Positions 26,232 through 34,085 of a DNA stretch of 49,928 nt are shown here, piece by piece. Position 1 is the first letter of the stretch; the number at the start of each line of letters is the position of its first letter. The notes below the pieces were generated by a model that worked only from the letters and a program-made list of their open reading frames with translations, searched no databases and was not told the DNA's origin. The position numbers and the translations under genes are program-made. Source of the stretch: an uncultured Candidatus Saccharibacteria bacterium. GTDB taxonomy: Bacteria; Patescibacteriota; Dojkabacteria; SC72. The stretch covers positions 1-49,928 of the forward strand of contig CAYVNA010000003.1 in assembly GCA_964452735.1 (NCBI GenBank). The letters run 5' to 3'.

Positions 26232-28733
26232 CTAATCTATCTTTATACCGCTTCCTTTTATCCCTGATATAGAAAATACGGGAAAGGAATCGACGAATGA
26301 TCCTGCTTCTGACCATGTTCCAAGAACGTCTCCCTCGTCGCTGAATGCTACCTTCCAATAGTATGTGTCTTGTGTGTTGCTGAGTGCTATTCCTGCATAT
26401 TCTACTTCTAGATCTTCTCCCGAAGATAGTGGCTCTTCAAGTTCTACTTCCCCTGAGTCCCAAAGCATTGTACCGATGAATAGAGGACTGCTGTTTACCT
26501 GTATTCTATAGTGTGTTGCTGGATCATCTTCATCATCTGTGTATAGGGCTTTGAATTTGATCCTTGGTGTTTGGAGGGATGTTGGATTTTGTTGGTTATT
26601 AGTACGCAAGGAGGAGGGAGCATTTGGTCTTGTATTCAAAAAGAAGGTTTTTGTTGTTGACCAAGCCCCTTCAATATCATTTTCATCCCAGTATTTCATT
26701 CTCCAGTAGTAGGTTGTTTTTTCGGAGAGAGTATCTCCGTCGTATATAATGTTGGGAGAACTACTGCCACTTTCTATATAGTCTTCTAGTTCTACTTTTC
26801 CCGAATCCCAGAGCATTGTTCCAGAGAATGAGGAGTTTGTATTTACCTGAATTTTGAAATATCTTCCAAAATCTTCATCAGTATCTGTATATGTTGAGGA
26901 AAAGTATGGATCAGAAAGTGTCTTTACATGTCCGACTTTCCCATTAACTAGAAGGTCTGAAGGTTGGTCCGGTGGATTATTCATTGAGAACTGCGCTGTT
27001 GTTGACCATGTACTTTCCCCATCGTTATTATCCCAGAATTTTATCCTCCAGTAGTATGTATTCCCCCATGCTAGTGTCGTTCCGTTATATTGTATGGAAG
27101 AGGATCTAGTATTGTTTGCTACTGGGCTTCCGAATACTGTTTTTGTGCTATCCCAAAGAACATCTCCAGTGAAAGAGGAGTTACTATTTACTTCTATCTG
27201 GTAGTAGTTACCTGTATCATCAGTATCGTTGTCTGAGAATATTGCAGTGAAGCTAGGAGTTTGATTTGTTATCTTGGTTGGATTTATTGCCTCCTCTGTT
27301 TGCAGGGATGAAGGCTGATTTGGATTTAGGTTAGACATTTCCTCTGTACTACTAACATTTGTACTTAATGAGGTTTTCTTCTTTACAAATAGTGTTGATA
27401 TGTATGGAGGATTATTTGAAACTGTATCAGTATTCATTGCCGTTATTGTATGTGTATGTGCTCTAGGAAGAGAGGTTCTAGGAGTTGAAGTTGAACAGTT
27501 GACGGAATTAGAAATTGCTCCAGATGTCTGTGCAGGGAGGGAGTGGTAGTGAGTGGCTGTACCTCCTGTTGTTCCTGAAGATGATGATCCATATGGGAAA
27601 TAGTTATCAAGTTGTGTATATGCATCCCACCCTAGTGGGGGGAGAGTGTTTGACATAACTACAGTTTCAGATGGTACTGGGATATCCCCACTTGTGTCAG
27701 TATATTTAGAAAATATTGTTGTTTTGTATATAGGGAGGTTTGTTCCACTACCAGATGTTGTAGCTGCAAATGTATGGGTATGTATACTAGAAGCTGTTGC
27801 TGTGGAGCTTGCTCCGCAGGTCCTAGATGCACTAGGTTGTGATGTTGTTGCTGATGCTATGCTGTGTGTATGGCTTGTTGCTCCCCCAGTTCCTCCATAT
27901 GAGGAATTACCTCTTGGAAATTTGTTATCCAAGTTAGAGAATCGAGTGAAGCCAGAGGGTATTGTTGGTGTATTAATTACAATCATATTTTGTTTTGTAT
28001 ATATCTTTGTATTTGAACAAACAACCATGTCTATATATGGGGGTAATATGTTTGTAGATCCTGTAACGGTGTTTACAGTATGAGAGTGAGCTCCAGCGAT
28101 ACTATTTCCTGCATTCGTGTTTGTATTAGATCCTGTAGAGACGGTAGAGGTTGTTCTATTGTATGTCCCATGATCATGGGATGCTGATCCTCCAGTACTA
28201 CCATATGATGAAGATCCAAGTGGGAATCTTTGATAGAAGTCTCCTCCTATTCCAGATTCTGTACTCCAGCCAGTATCACAACTAGTATCTTTGAAAACGA
28301 GGAACTTACCACTCCAGCTCTCTTCTCCATTTGTAGCGGAAGAATTACCGTAGTACATATATGTCGTTTTTTCTCCACTTGGAACAGAAGGGACTTCTAC
28401 CCAGACCTGTGTAGCTTGTGTATTACATCCTCCCTCTATCCAGTACTTTATCGAGGTGGATCCATCTTCATCTACAAAGCGTATGTCTGCACAGTTATTT
28501 TGTAGTTTTCCAGCAGAGATTAATTCTTGAGTATTAACAGTTACTAATACGTGTTCATTTGTTTTTGTAGTTGATGGATTTGTCACTGTAACTGATCTTC
28601 TGTATAGCCAATTGCTATTCATCCATCCAAGAATATCTCCACTATCTTTTGTGTTCAGGTAGTATATTAAACCAGAGACACCAATTATCACGACCGAAGA
28701 GACTGTGGCAATGATGTGATAGGGGGTTTTCAT
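26232..28733 (-). CDS. Large N-terminally anchored surface protein: DUF2341-like domain, 3 HxH tail-collar-like modules and 3 beta-sandwich repeats
   Basis: 833 aa with an N-terminal TM/signal anchor (IIATVSSVVIIGVSGLIYYL). A DUF2341-like block reads WLYRRSVTVTN...DIRFVDEDGSTSIKYWIE...VWVEVPSVPSGEKTTYMYYGNSSA. The internal repeats are listed as separate features. Confidence 0.85.
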   Translation of the reverse strand: MKTPYHIIATVSSVVIIGVSGLIYYLNTKDSGDILGWMNSNWLYRRSVTVTNPSTTKTNEHVLVTVNTQELISAGKLQNNCADIRFVDEDGSTSIKYWIEGGCNTQATQVWVEVPSVPSGEKTTYMYYGNSSATNGEESWSGKFLVFKDTSCDTGWSTESGIGGDFYQRFPLGSSSYGSTGGSASHDHGTYNRTTSTVSTGSNTNTNAGNSIAGAHSHTVNTVTGSTNILPPYIDMVVCSNTKIYTKQNMIVINTPTIPSGFTRFSNLDNKFPRGNSSYGGTGGATSHTHSIASATTSQPSASRTCGASSTATASSIHTHTFAATTSGSGTNLPIYKTTIFSKYTDTSGDIPVPSETVVMSNTLPPLGWDAYTQLDNYFPYGSSSSGTTGGTATHYHSLPAQTSGAISNSVNCSTSTPRTSLPRAHTHTITAMNTDTVSNNPPYISTLFVKKKTSLSTNVSSTEEMSNLNPNQPSSLQTEEAINPTKITNQTPSFTAIFSDNDTDDTGNYYQIEVNSNSSFTGDVLWDSTKTVFGSPVANNTRSSSIQYNGTTLAWGNTYYWRIKFWDNNDGESTWSTTAQFSMNNPPDQPSDLLVNGKVGHVKTLSDPYFSSTYTDTDEDFGRYFKIQVNTNSSFSGTMLWDSGKVELEDYIESGSSSPNIIYDGDTLSEKTTYYWRMKYWDENDIEGAWSTTKTFFLNTRPNAPSSLRTNNQQNPTSLQTPRIKFKALYTDDEDDPATHYRIQVNSSPLFIGTMLWDSGEVELEEPLSSGEDLEVEYAGIALSNTQDTYYWKVAFSDEGDVLGTWSEAGSFVDSFPVFSISGIKGSGIKID
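26289..27317 (-). repeat. Three tandem coding repeats of about 110 aa, beta-sandwich (FN3-like) type
   Basis: Shared blocks are Y(Y/F)xIQVNsNsSFtGtMLWDSgKVEL ... tYYWR(I/M)K(F/Y)WD..d.eg.WS. The three copies run from PSSLQTEE, PSDLLVNG and PSSLRTNN. Confidence 0.8.
27384..28286 (-). repeat. Three tandem coding modules of about 90 aa, pattern FPxGxSSxGxTGGxxxHxH ... xHxHT ... NxPxY
   Basis: Module 1: FPLGSSSYGSTGGSASHDH..AHSHTV..NILPPYIDMVV. Module 2: FPRGNSSYGGTGGATSHTH..IHTHTF..NLPIYKTTIF. Module 3: FPYGSSSSGTTGGTATHYH..AHTHTI..NNPPYISTLFV. Confidence 0.8.
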
Positions 28734-28739
28734 ATATAG

Positions 28740-28749
28740 ATTGTATCAG
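28740..28749 (-). promoter_or_regulatory. Extended -10 box cTGATACAAT, 6 nt upstream of the ATG at 28733
   Basis: The reverse complement of 28740-28749 reads CTGATACAAT. It sits in the 22-nt gap after the upstream stop codon. Confidence 0.45.
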
Positions 28750-28755
28750 AATATG

Positions 28756-29211
28756 TTATCTTTCTCTCGTTATCTCATACAGGATTGCTGTAGCACAATT
28801 AGCAACATTCAAAGATTCTTTTTGTCCTCTCATTGGCATCATGATACATTTATCTGTATATGCGAGGATGTCTTCCGATATGCCATTTTTTTCATGGCCA
28901 AATACTATAGCTAATTCCTTTGGATATTCAATATCCTGGTAGTTCACAGATTCATTAGTGATTTCTACTGAGTATATTGGTATCTTCCTCTCCTTTATCT
29001 CTTCCAAAGCATCAATTGTTGTATCATAGTGCTCAGAGGGAACCATGTCTATGGCACCGAGAGCTGTTTTTTCTAACTTCGGATTATCTATATCACTAGT
29101 TATTCCACAGAGATATATTTTTTCAACACTACCTGCACCATCTGCGGATCTAAATATGCTTCCAACATTAAATACAGATCTAATATTATCTAGAACTATA
29201 TGTATTTTCAT
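28756..29211 (-). CDS. SpoU/TrmH-family RNA 2'-O-methyltransferase
   Basis: 151 aa with SPOUT motifs NVGSIFRSADGAG, IVFGHEKNGIS and MPMRGQKESLNVANCATAILYE. It overlaps the recG stop by 4 nt. Confidence 0.85.
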   Translation of the reverse strand: MKIHIVLDNIRSVFNVGSIFRSADGAGSVEKIYLCGITSDIDNPKLEKTALGAIDMVPSEHYDTTIDALEEIKERKIPIYSVEITNESVNYQDIEYPKELAIVFGHEKNGISEDILAYTDKCIMMPMRGQKESLNVANCATAILYEITRER

Positions 29212-31199
29212 TTAAAAAGGTTGTCTAATATATATTCAACGCTATTATCTTCTTTCAGTATCTTTTTTGCAATATTTCTAGCTTTCTTCAGCAAATTGAT
29301 ATCCTTTATGGAAGCTACTTTAAAAGAAGGAATCCCTGATTGTCTAGTACCGTATACTTCCCCAGGTCCCCTATTTTCTAGATCATATTCTGCTACCTCA
29401 AACCCTGAGTTATGTGAAGAAAAATATCTTAATCTTTTTTCTGCCTCAGAATTTTTTACTACATTATCACTAGGGATTACAAAGCAAAATGATTCTTTAT
29501 TACTTCTTCCAATTCTTCCTCTAAGTTGGTGAAGTTGTGCTAATCCAAATCTCTCGGCATCTTCTATAACCATTATAGTTGCATCAGGAATATCGATACC
29601 TACTTCTATGACTGTTGTTGAAATTAGTATGTTTATCTTTTTGTCTCTAAAGTCTTTAAGAAGATTCTCTTTTTCTTTATTCTTCAATCTCCCATGGAGG
29701 AACTCAACCTTAAGTTCTTTGAATTGTTTTCTTAAACTTTCGTATTCAACAAGTACTGATTTCGCACTTATCTTCTCAGATTCTTCAATCAGGGGATATA
29801 TGAAGAATGCTTGATTTTGGAAATTACTTTTCTCAATATTGTCCTTTATCCATTTGAAACAATCTTTTCTCTTCTCGAATGGAGTGTAGTATGTTTTTAT
29901 ATCTCTTCTCCCTTTTGGTTTTTCTCTAATTTCTGAGACACTTAGGCCCCCGAAGAATATTTCTGTTAGGCTTCTAGGTATGGGGGTTGCTGTCATTGTT
30001 AAATAGTGTGGGAAGATTTTCCCCCTATTCTTGAAATAGCTACGTTGCTCTACTCCGAATCTGTGTTGCTCATCAATTACGACAAGGTTAAGGTCTTTCG
30101 GCAGGGATTTTTGATAGAGGATGGCATGTGTCCCTATGATTAATTTATTGTCGGAGTCCTTGATTATTTTTTTTGATGATATGCATAGCTCTATGTCGAT
30201 TTCAGGAAGGAGTTTTTTGAAAGTTTCATAATGTTGTTGTGCCAGAACTGTTGTTGGGGCTAATAGTATACATGAGTGGCCATTTACTATTGTGTTCAGT
30301 ATTGCTGTCGCAGCAACTACTGTTTTCCCACTTCCAACATCCCCATTCAGAAGTCTGTTCATGGGTATATCTTTTTTCATATCTTCCAATATCTCTTCTA
30401 ATGCTTTTGATTGATCATTAGTCAATTTGTATGGGAGGTTTTTTATGAACTTATTCACAATGTTTGTGTTTATATTCATTCCTTTCCCTTTCTCCTCTTC
30501 TCCTCCCCTTTTGTCATTTTCTATCTTTATTCCGACTCGGAGCATCTCGTCCATAGCTAATCTCTTCTGTGCTTTTTTTATATCCGATTGATTTCTGGGG
30601 AAGTGAATGTTCCTAATGGCTTCTTGTATAGGGAGGAGGTTTTCTATGTATGAAGGATACAAAGGATCAGAAAGGATTTCATCAAGGTTTTCCTCTAATG
30701 ACTTTATATATCTCCTTATTGTTCTAGATGAGAGATTTTTTGTTTCAGGGTACACGCCAATGAGCTTCCCTAAGTGGAGTTGATTACTAGGATCTTCCTT
30801 AAATTTCTCAAATGAAGGGTTGTATATGTTTTTCTGTTTACCTTTAATAGCTATTTTGGCATTAAAGATATATAGATCTCCTATGGTCAGTGATTTCTTG
30901 AGATATGGCTGATTAAAATATGTTAGCCTTATTTTGTCGGTATCATCTTCCACTACAACAACGGTTATTGTTTTTCTGAAGTATGTATTCTTTACTTCTT
31001 TAATTTGTCCTAAGAATGTTCCAGAACCATTTTCTTTGAAATCTTTAATACTCATCAGCGAAGAGGTGTCCTGATACCGAAATGGGATATGGTATAACAG
31101 GTCTTCTACGGTATCTATATTTAATTTGCTGAAAAGTTCTTTTTGTCTTTCCCCTACTCCTTTTAATTCTTTTATATCAGAATCTTTTGTCAGGGGCAT
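29208..31199 (-). CDS. recG: ATP-dependent DNA helicase RecG
   Basis: 663 aa with an N-terminal wedge/OB region, helicase motifs GDVGSGKT and DEQHRFG, TATPIPR, and QLHQLRGRIGR. Confidence 0.95.
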   Translation of the reverse strand: MPLTKDSDIKELKGVGERQKELFSKLNIDTVEDLLYHIPFRYQDTSSLMSIKDFKENGSGTFLGQIKEVKNTYFRKTITVVVVEDDTDKIRLTYFNQPYLKKSLTIGDLYIFNAKIAIKGKQKNIYNPSFEKFKEDPSNQLHLGKLIGVYPETKNLSSRTIRRYIKSLEENLDEILSDPLYPSYIENLLPIQEAIRNIHFPRNQSDIKKAQKRLAMDEMLRVGIKIENDKRGGEEEKGKGMNINTNIVNKFIKNLPYKLTNDQSKALEEILEDMKKDIPMNRLLNGDVGSGKTVVAATAILNTIVNGHSCILLAPTTVLAQQHYETFKKLLPEIDIELCISSKKIIKDSDNKLIIGTHAILYQKSLPKDLNLVVIDEQHRFGVEQRSYFKNRGKIFPHYLTMTATPIPRSLTEIFFGGLSVSEIREKPKGRRDIKTYYTPFEKRKDCFKWIKDNIEKSNFQNQAFFIYPLIEESEKISAKSVLVEYESLRKQFKELKVEFLHGRLKNKEKENLLKDFRDKKINILISTTVIEVGIDIPDATIMVIEDAERFGLAQLHQLRGRIGRSNKESFCFVIPSDNVVKNSEAEKRLRYFSSHNSGFEVAEYDLENRGPGEVYGTRQSGIPSFKVASIKDINLLKKARNIAKKILKEDNSVEYILDNLFK

Positions 31200-31200
31200 A

Positions 31201-31311
31201 TTACAAGGATATGAGTGTTAGTATTATTGGAAGAACAATGCTTCCAACTAAGATTACTGCTATCCCTACGTTTATTATATTTTTTACTTTTTTCTTAGTT
31301 TGTTTCTTCAT
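31201..31311 (-). CDS. Candidate 36-aa small membrane protein (not in the ORF track)
   Basis: Hand translation gives MKKQTKKKVKNIINVGIAVILVGSIVLPIILTLISL*, a basic N-terminus plus one TM. The ATG is 12 nt after the upstream stop (31324), and the TAA ends 1 nt before the recG ATG (31199). Confidence 0.4.
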   Translation of the reverse strand: MKKQTKKKVKNIINVGIAVILVGSIVLPIILTLISL

Positions 31312-31323
31312 CTTTTTATTCTA

Positions 31324-32787
31324 TTACTTAATCGTGTTTTTGGAAAGTTGTTTGCGAATTTTAAATTTGGATGTTAAGGAATTAACATATTGGAGGGAGT
31401 CTATGCTTTGGCAATGCTTATTCTTATCAGTTTTAATCATAACAGTATCTCCTGTTTGAAGTATCTCTGAAAGTTTAGCAGCCTTTCCATTTACTTCAGC
31501 TGCTATCGCACTATTTCCTATCTGAGAGTGTAGCCTGAAGGCAAAATCCAAAACAGTATCTCCCTTATTTAGATCAATGATTTTACCTTTTGGTGTGAAG
31601 ACAAATACTTCATCTGTGAAGATATTGCAGTGAATTGGAAGATTCTTTTCGTTAGCTCTATCTCTTTTATTTCTATGTATTTGTTTATGTACATCTTCTA
31701 CCCAATCATACTTATTTGATGGTTTTGCATATCTTGATTTGCTAGCTTTGTATGCGATATGTGAAGCTGGTCCATATGTATTGAAATAGTGCATGTCATT
31801 TGTCAAAATTTGGACCTCTACTTCGATATCTGATATGGAACCGAATGTCATTGGGAATTGTACTGCTTTATATCCATTGGGTTTTGGATTTGATATGTAG
31901 TCATCGAACTTGTCATAGTCCATTTCTCCAGCGTCCATTAATTTCTCTAGTATGTGGAAGCAAGAGTCTTCTGTATCAGTTAGTATCCTGAATGCTATTA
32001 GGTCTGGAACTCTCTCTATCTCTGGACTGATCCACTCCTTCTCATATTTCTTCAGCTTATTATATATACTATATTTGCTTTTTATTCTTCCTTCTATCCT
32101 TTTGGGGAAATGAAGATCCTTCATGATTAAAGAAAGGGTATTAAAATATCGATTTAAAAGTTCTTCATCAACACCTTTCTCCTTCATTCTTTTTGATATA
32201 CTTTCATACTCGTTAGGAAGATACTCCTTAAAAGCATTCTCATCCATTTCCTTCTTTGTCTCATTTAAATCGAGATATTCCGCTAAAGGACTATATATGC
32301 TTAATGCTTTTCTTAGGGAATCTTTTCTTTTTTCTAATGGTACATAACTTATGGTTTTCATATCCTCAAAAGTGTCTAGAATCTTTATGATTAATCCTCT
32401 TAGATCTTTGTTATTGTTTAGAATATATTTGTTTATTATCTCGTCTGGGGTATCTGGTGCGTCCGTTGCCTTTTTAATACTCTTGATGTCCTTTATTATA
32501 TTGAGAACTTCAGATCCCAATTCTTTAGTTATGAATTGTTCTGTATGTTCGTTGATCTCTATCTCATGGAGTAGTGCGGCCATCACGGATGTTGTGTCTA
32601 AACCAGCTGCATATGTTAGGGTTGCTACATTGAGGAGATGTAATATTTTAGGTTGTCCATCGTATCTATTTTCACCAGAATGAATCTTCTGGGAAAAGGA
32701 TATTGCTTTCTCAACAATCTCCATATCATGTTTGGGTAGTAGTTCTATTAGGTTGTTTTTAGTTTGTTCCATATTAAAAACCCCCAT
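31324..32787 (-). CDS. rel: RelA/SpoT homologue (HD, synthetase and TGS domains only)
   Basis: 487 aa. The HD-like region has HLLNVA...AALLHEIE. Synthetase blocks are RIKSKYSIYNKLKK, PDLIAFRILT, PKPNGYKAVQF, EVEVQILT and HIAYK. The TGS block is VFTPKGKIIDLNKGDTVLDFAFRLHSQIG. The alternative start ATG at 32772 (MEQTKNN) is probably better, because the ATG at 32787 lies inside a hairpin stem. Confidence 0.85.
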   Translation of the reverse strand: MGVFNMEQTKNNLIELLPKHDMEIVEKAISFSQKIHSGENRYDGQPKILHLLNVATLTYAAGLDTTSVMAALLHEIEINEHTEQFITKELGSEVLNIIKDIKSIKKATDAPDTPDEIINKYILNNNKDLRGLIIKILDTFEDMKTISYVPLEKRKDSLRKALSIYSPLAEYLDLNETKKEMDENAFKEYLPNEYESISKRMKEKGVDEELLNRYFNTLSLIMKDLHFPKRIEGRIKSKYSIYNKLKKYEKEWISPEIERVPDLIAFRILTDTEDSCFHILEKLMDAGEMDYDKFDDYISNPKPNGYKAVQFPMTFGSISDIEVEVQILTNDMHYFNTYGPASHIAYKASKSRYAKPSNKYDWVEDVHKQIHRNKRDRANEKNLPIHCNIFTDEVFVFTPKGKIIDLNKGDTVLDFAFRLHSQIGNSAIAAEVNGKAAKLSEILQTGDTVMIKTDKNKHCQSIDSLQYVNSLTSKFKIRKQLSKNTIK

Positions 32788-32803
32788 CTCTTTTGGGGGT
32801 TTT
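32776..32803 (-). terminator. GC-rich hairpin flanked by T/A runs (terminator-like, symmetric) between tyrS and the RSH gene
   Basis: On the minus strand, AAAA-CCCCCA-AAAGAGA-TGGGGG-TTTTT. The stem arms are at 32794-32799 and 32781-32786. Confidence 0.6.
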
Positions 32804-32826
32804 GAAATATTATTTTATATCCCCCG

Positions 32827-34053
32827 TTATGCTTTATATGTGAGTCTGCATAACTTCTTCCCAGTCCTCACAATCATGGACTTGGAATCCGAGATATTTA
32901 TTAATTGGTTGAAAATATTTACTTTCTCATCGTCTATCTTTACAGCTCCTTGTTCAACAAGTCTTTTTGCTTCAGACTTACTCTTTGCAATGCCAATCTT
33001 AACAAGAAGATCATTTAGAGGTATTTCTTTTTCTTCAATTGTAATCTCTGGGATATTACTGTCGGAATCTTTGTTTTGGAAGACGTTTTCAAAATATTCT
33101 CTTGCTAACTCTGCTTCCTTTTTCCCTATTATTTCGGATGTTACTTTAAATGCTAGCTCCTTTTTTAATATCATTGGATTCTCCCCTGACTCTAACCTCT
33201 TCCTGTATTCTTCTATGTCACTCATCTCTGTATTGGTCAGGATCTCGAAACCTCTAACAATCATCTCATCTGTGAATGCCATGATCTTCCCAAATACATC
33301 TTGAGGAGAATCATCCATCTTGATCATATTCCCTTCGCTTTTACCCATCTTTGTCCCATCAGGTGTTTCTAAGAGCTTCCCAGCTAGTACAAATTTCTCT
33401 TTATTTAGTTCTGAGAGAATTAAATCTCTACCAGCCAACATATTGAAGAGCTGATCATTCCCACCAACTTCTATATCGATATCCATCATTACAGAATCAT
33501 ATCCTTGCATTAGTGGATACAAAAACTCGTTTATATATATTGGTTTGTTCGATTCTAATCTTTTCTGGAACATCTCTCTCTTGATCATCTGTTGTACTGT
33601 GAATTTCGAAGCTAGATTTATTATATCTGCAAAGTTCAAAGGTTCTAACCATTTACTGTTGTATAGTATTTCTACGGGATTCTCTTTATTGTATATATCA
33701 ATAATTCGAGAGGCTTGTTCCACATACCTTTTCATATTTAGCTCAACCTGTTCTTTTGAAAGCATCTGTCTTGTTGCGCTCTTGTCTGAAGGGTCACCTA
33801 TTCTTGCTGTGAAGTCTCCTACTAGGAAGATTACATGATGACCTAGTTTCCTAAAATCTTCAAGCTTTCGCATCCCTACAGTATGGCCGATATGGAGAGT
33901 TGGTGCTGTTGGATCAAATCCTTGGTATATATTTAGTCTCCTACCAGATTCAAGAAGTTCCTTAAGAGCTTCTTTCGAAGGAAGTATCTGTTCTACCCCT
34001 TTATTTAGTATTCTGTTAATTATTTTTTCGTCCATACTTACTTGCATTCCCAA
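32827..34053 (-). CDS. tyrS: Tyrosine--tRNA ligase
   Basis: It has the HIGH motif (TLHIGHTVG), KMGKS (TKMGKSEGN) and a C-terminal S4-like domain. The ORF-track start at 34053 is TTG. The first ATG at 34047 sits 7 nt downstream of a GATATAAT box and is the likelier start. Confidence 0.95.
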   Translation of the reverse strand: MGMQVSMDEKIINRILNKGVEQILPSKEALKELLESGRRLNIYQGFDPTAPTLHIGHTVGMRKLEDFRKLGHHVIFLVGDFTARIGDPSDKSATRQMLSKEQVELNMKRYVEQASRIIDIYNKENPVEILYNSKWLEPLNFADIINLASKFTVQQMIKREMFQKRLESNKPIYINEFLYPLMQGYDSVMMDIDIEVGGNDQLFNMLAGRDLILSELNKEKFVLAGKLLETPDGTKMGKSEGNMIKMDDSPQDVFGKIMAFTDEMIVRGFEILTNTEMSDIEEYRKRLESGENPMILKKELAFKVTSEIIGKKEAELAREYFENVFQNKDSDSNIPEITIEEKEIPLNDLLVKIGIAKSKSEAKRLVEQGAVKIDDEKVNIFNQLINISDSKSMIVRTGKKLCRLTYKA

Positions 34054-34054
34054 T

Positions 34055-34062
34055 ATTATATC
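34055..34062 (-). promoter_or_regulatory. -10 box GATATAAT, 7 nt upstream of the tyrS ATG at 34047
   Basis: The reverse complement of 34055-34062 reads GATATAAT. Confidence 0.45.
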
Positions 34063-34085
34063 TTTATTGTAAAGAATTTTCTAGG

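Noticed and set aside
26289-28286. Periodic repeats that could be mistaken for a CRISPR array or satellite. The same applies to 35682-36158.
   Set aside because: The repeats are in frame, diverged at the nucleotide level and conserved at the protein level. They lack the identical-repeat / unique-spacer structure. They are coding domain duplications.
27384-28286. Prophage or tail-fibre gene interpretation of the collar-like modules.
   Set aside because: There are no capsid, terminase, integrase, baseplate or lysis genes nearby. The flanks are rsmD and a SpoU methyltransferase. The protein also has a cellular-type signal anchor and a DUF2341-like domain.
31187-31459. 90-aa plus-strand ORF spanning the recG/RSH gap.
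   Set aside because: It overlaps the recG start and the RSH 3' end on the wrong strand. The gap is better explained by the tightly fitted 36-codon minus-strand ORF at 31201-31311.
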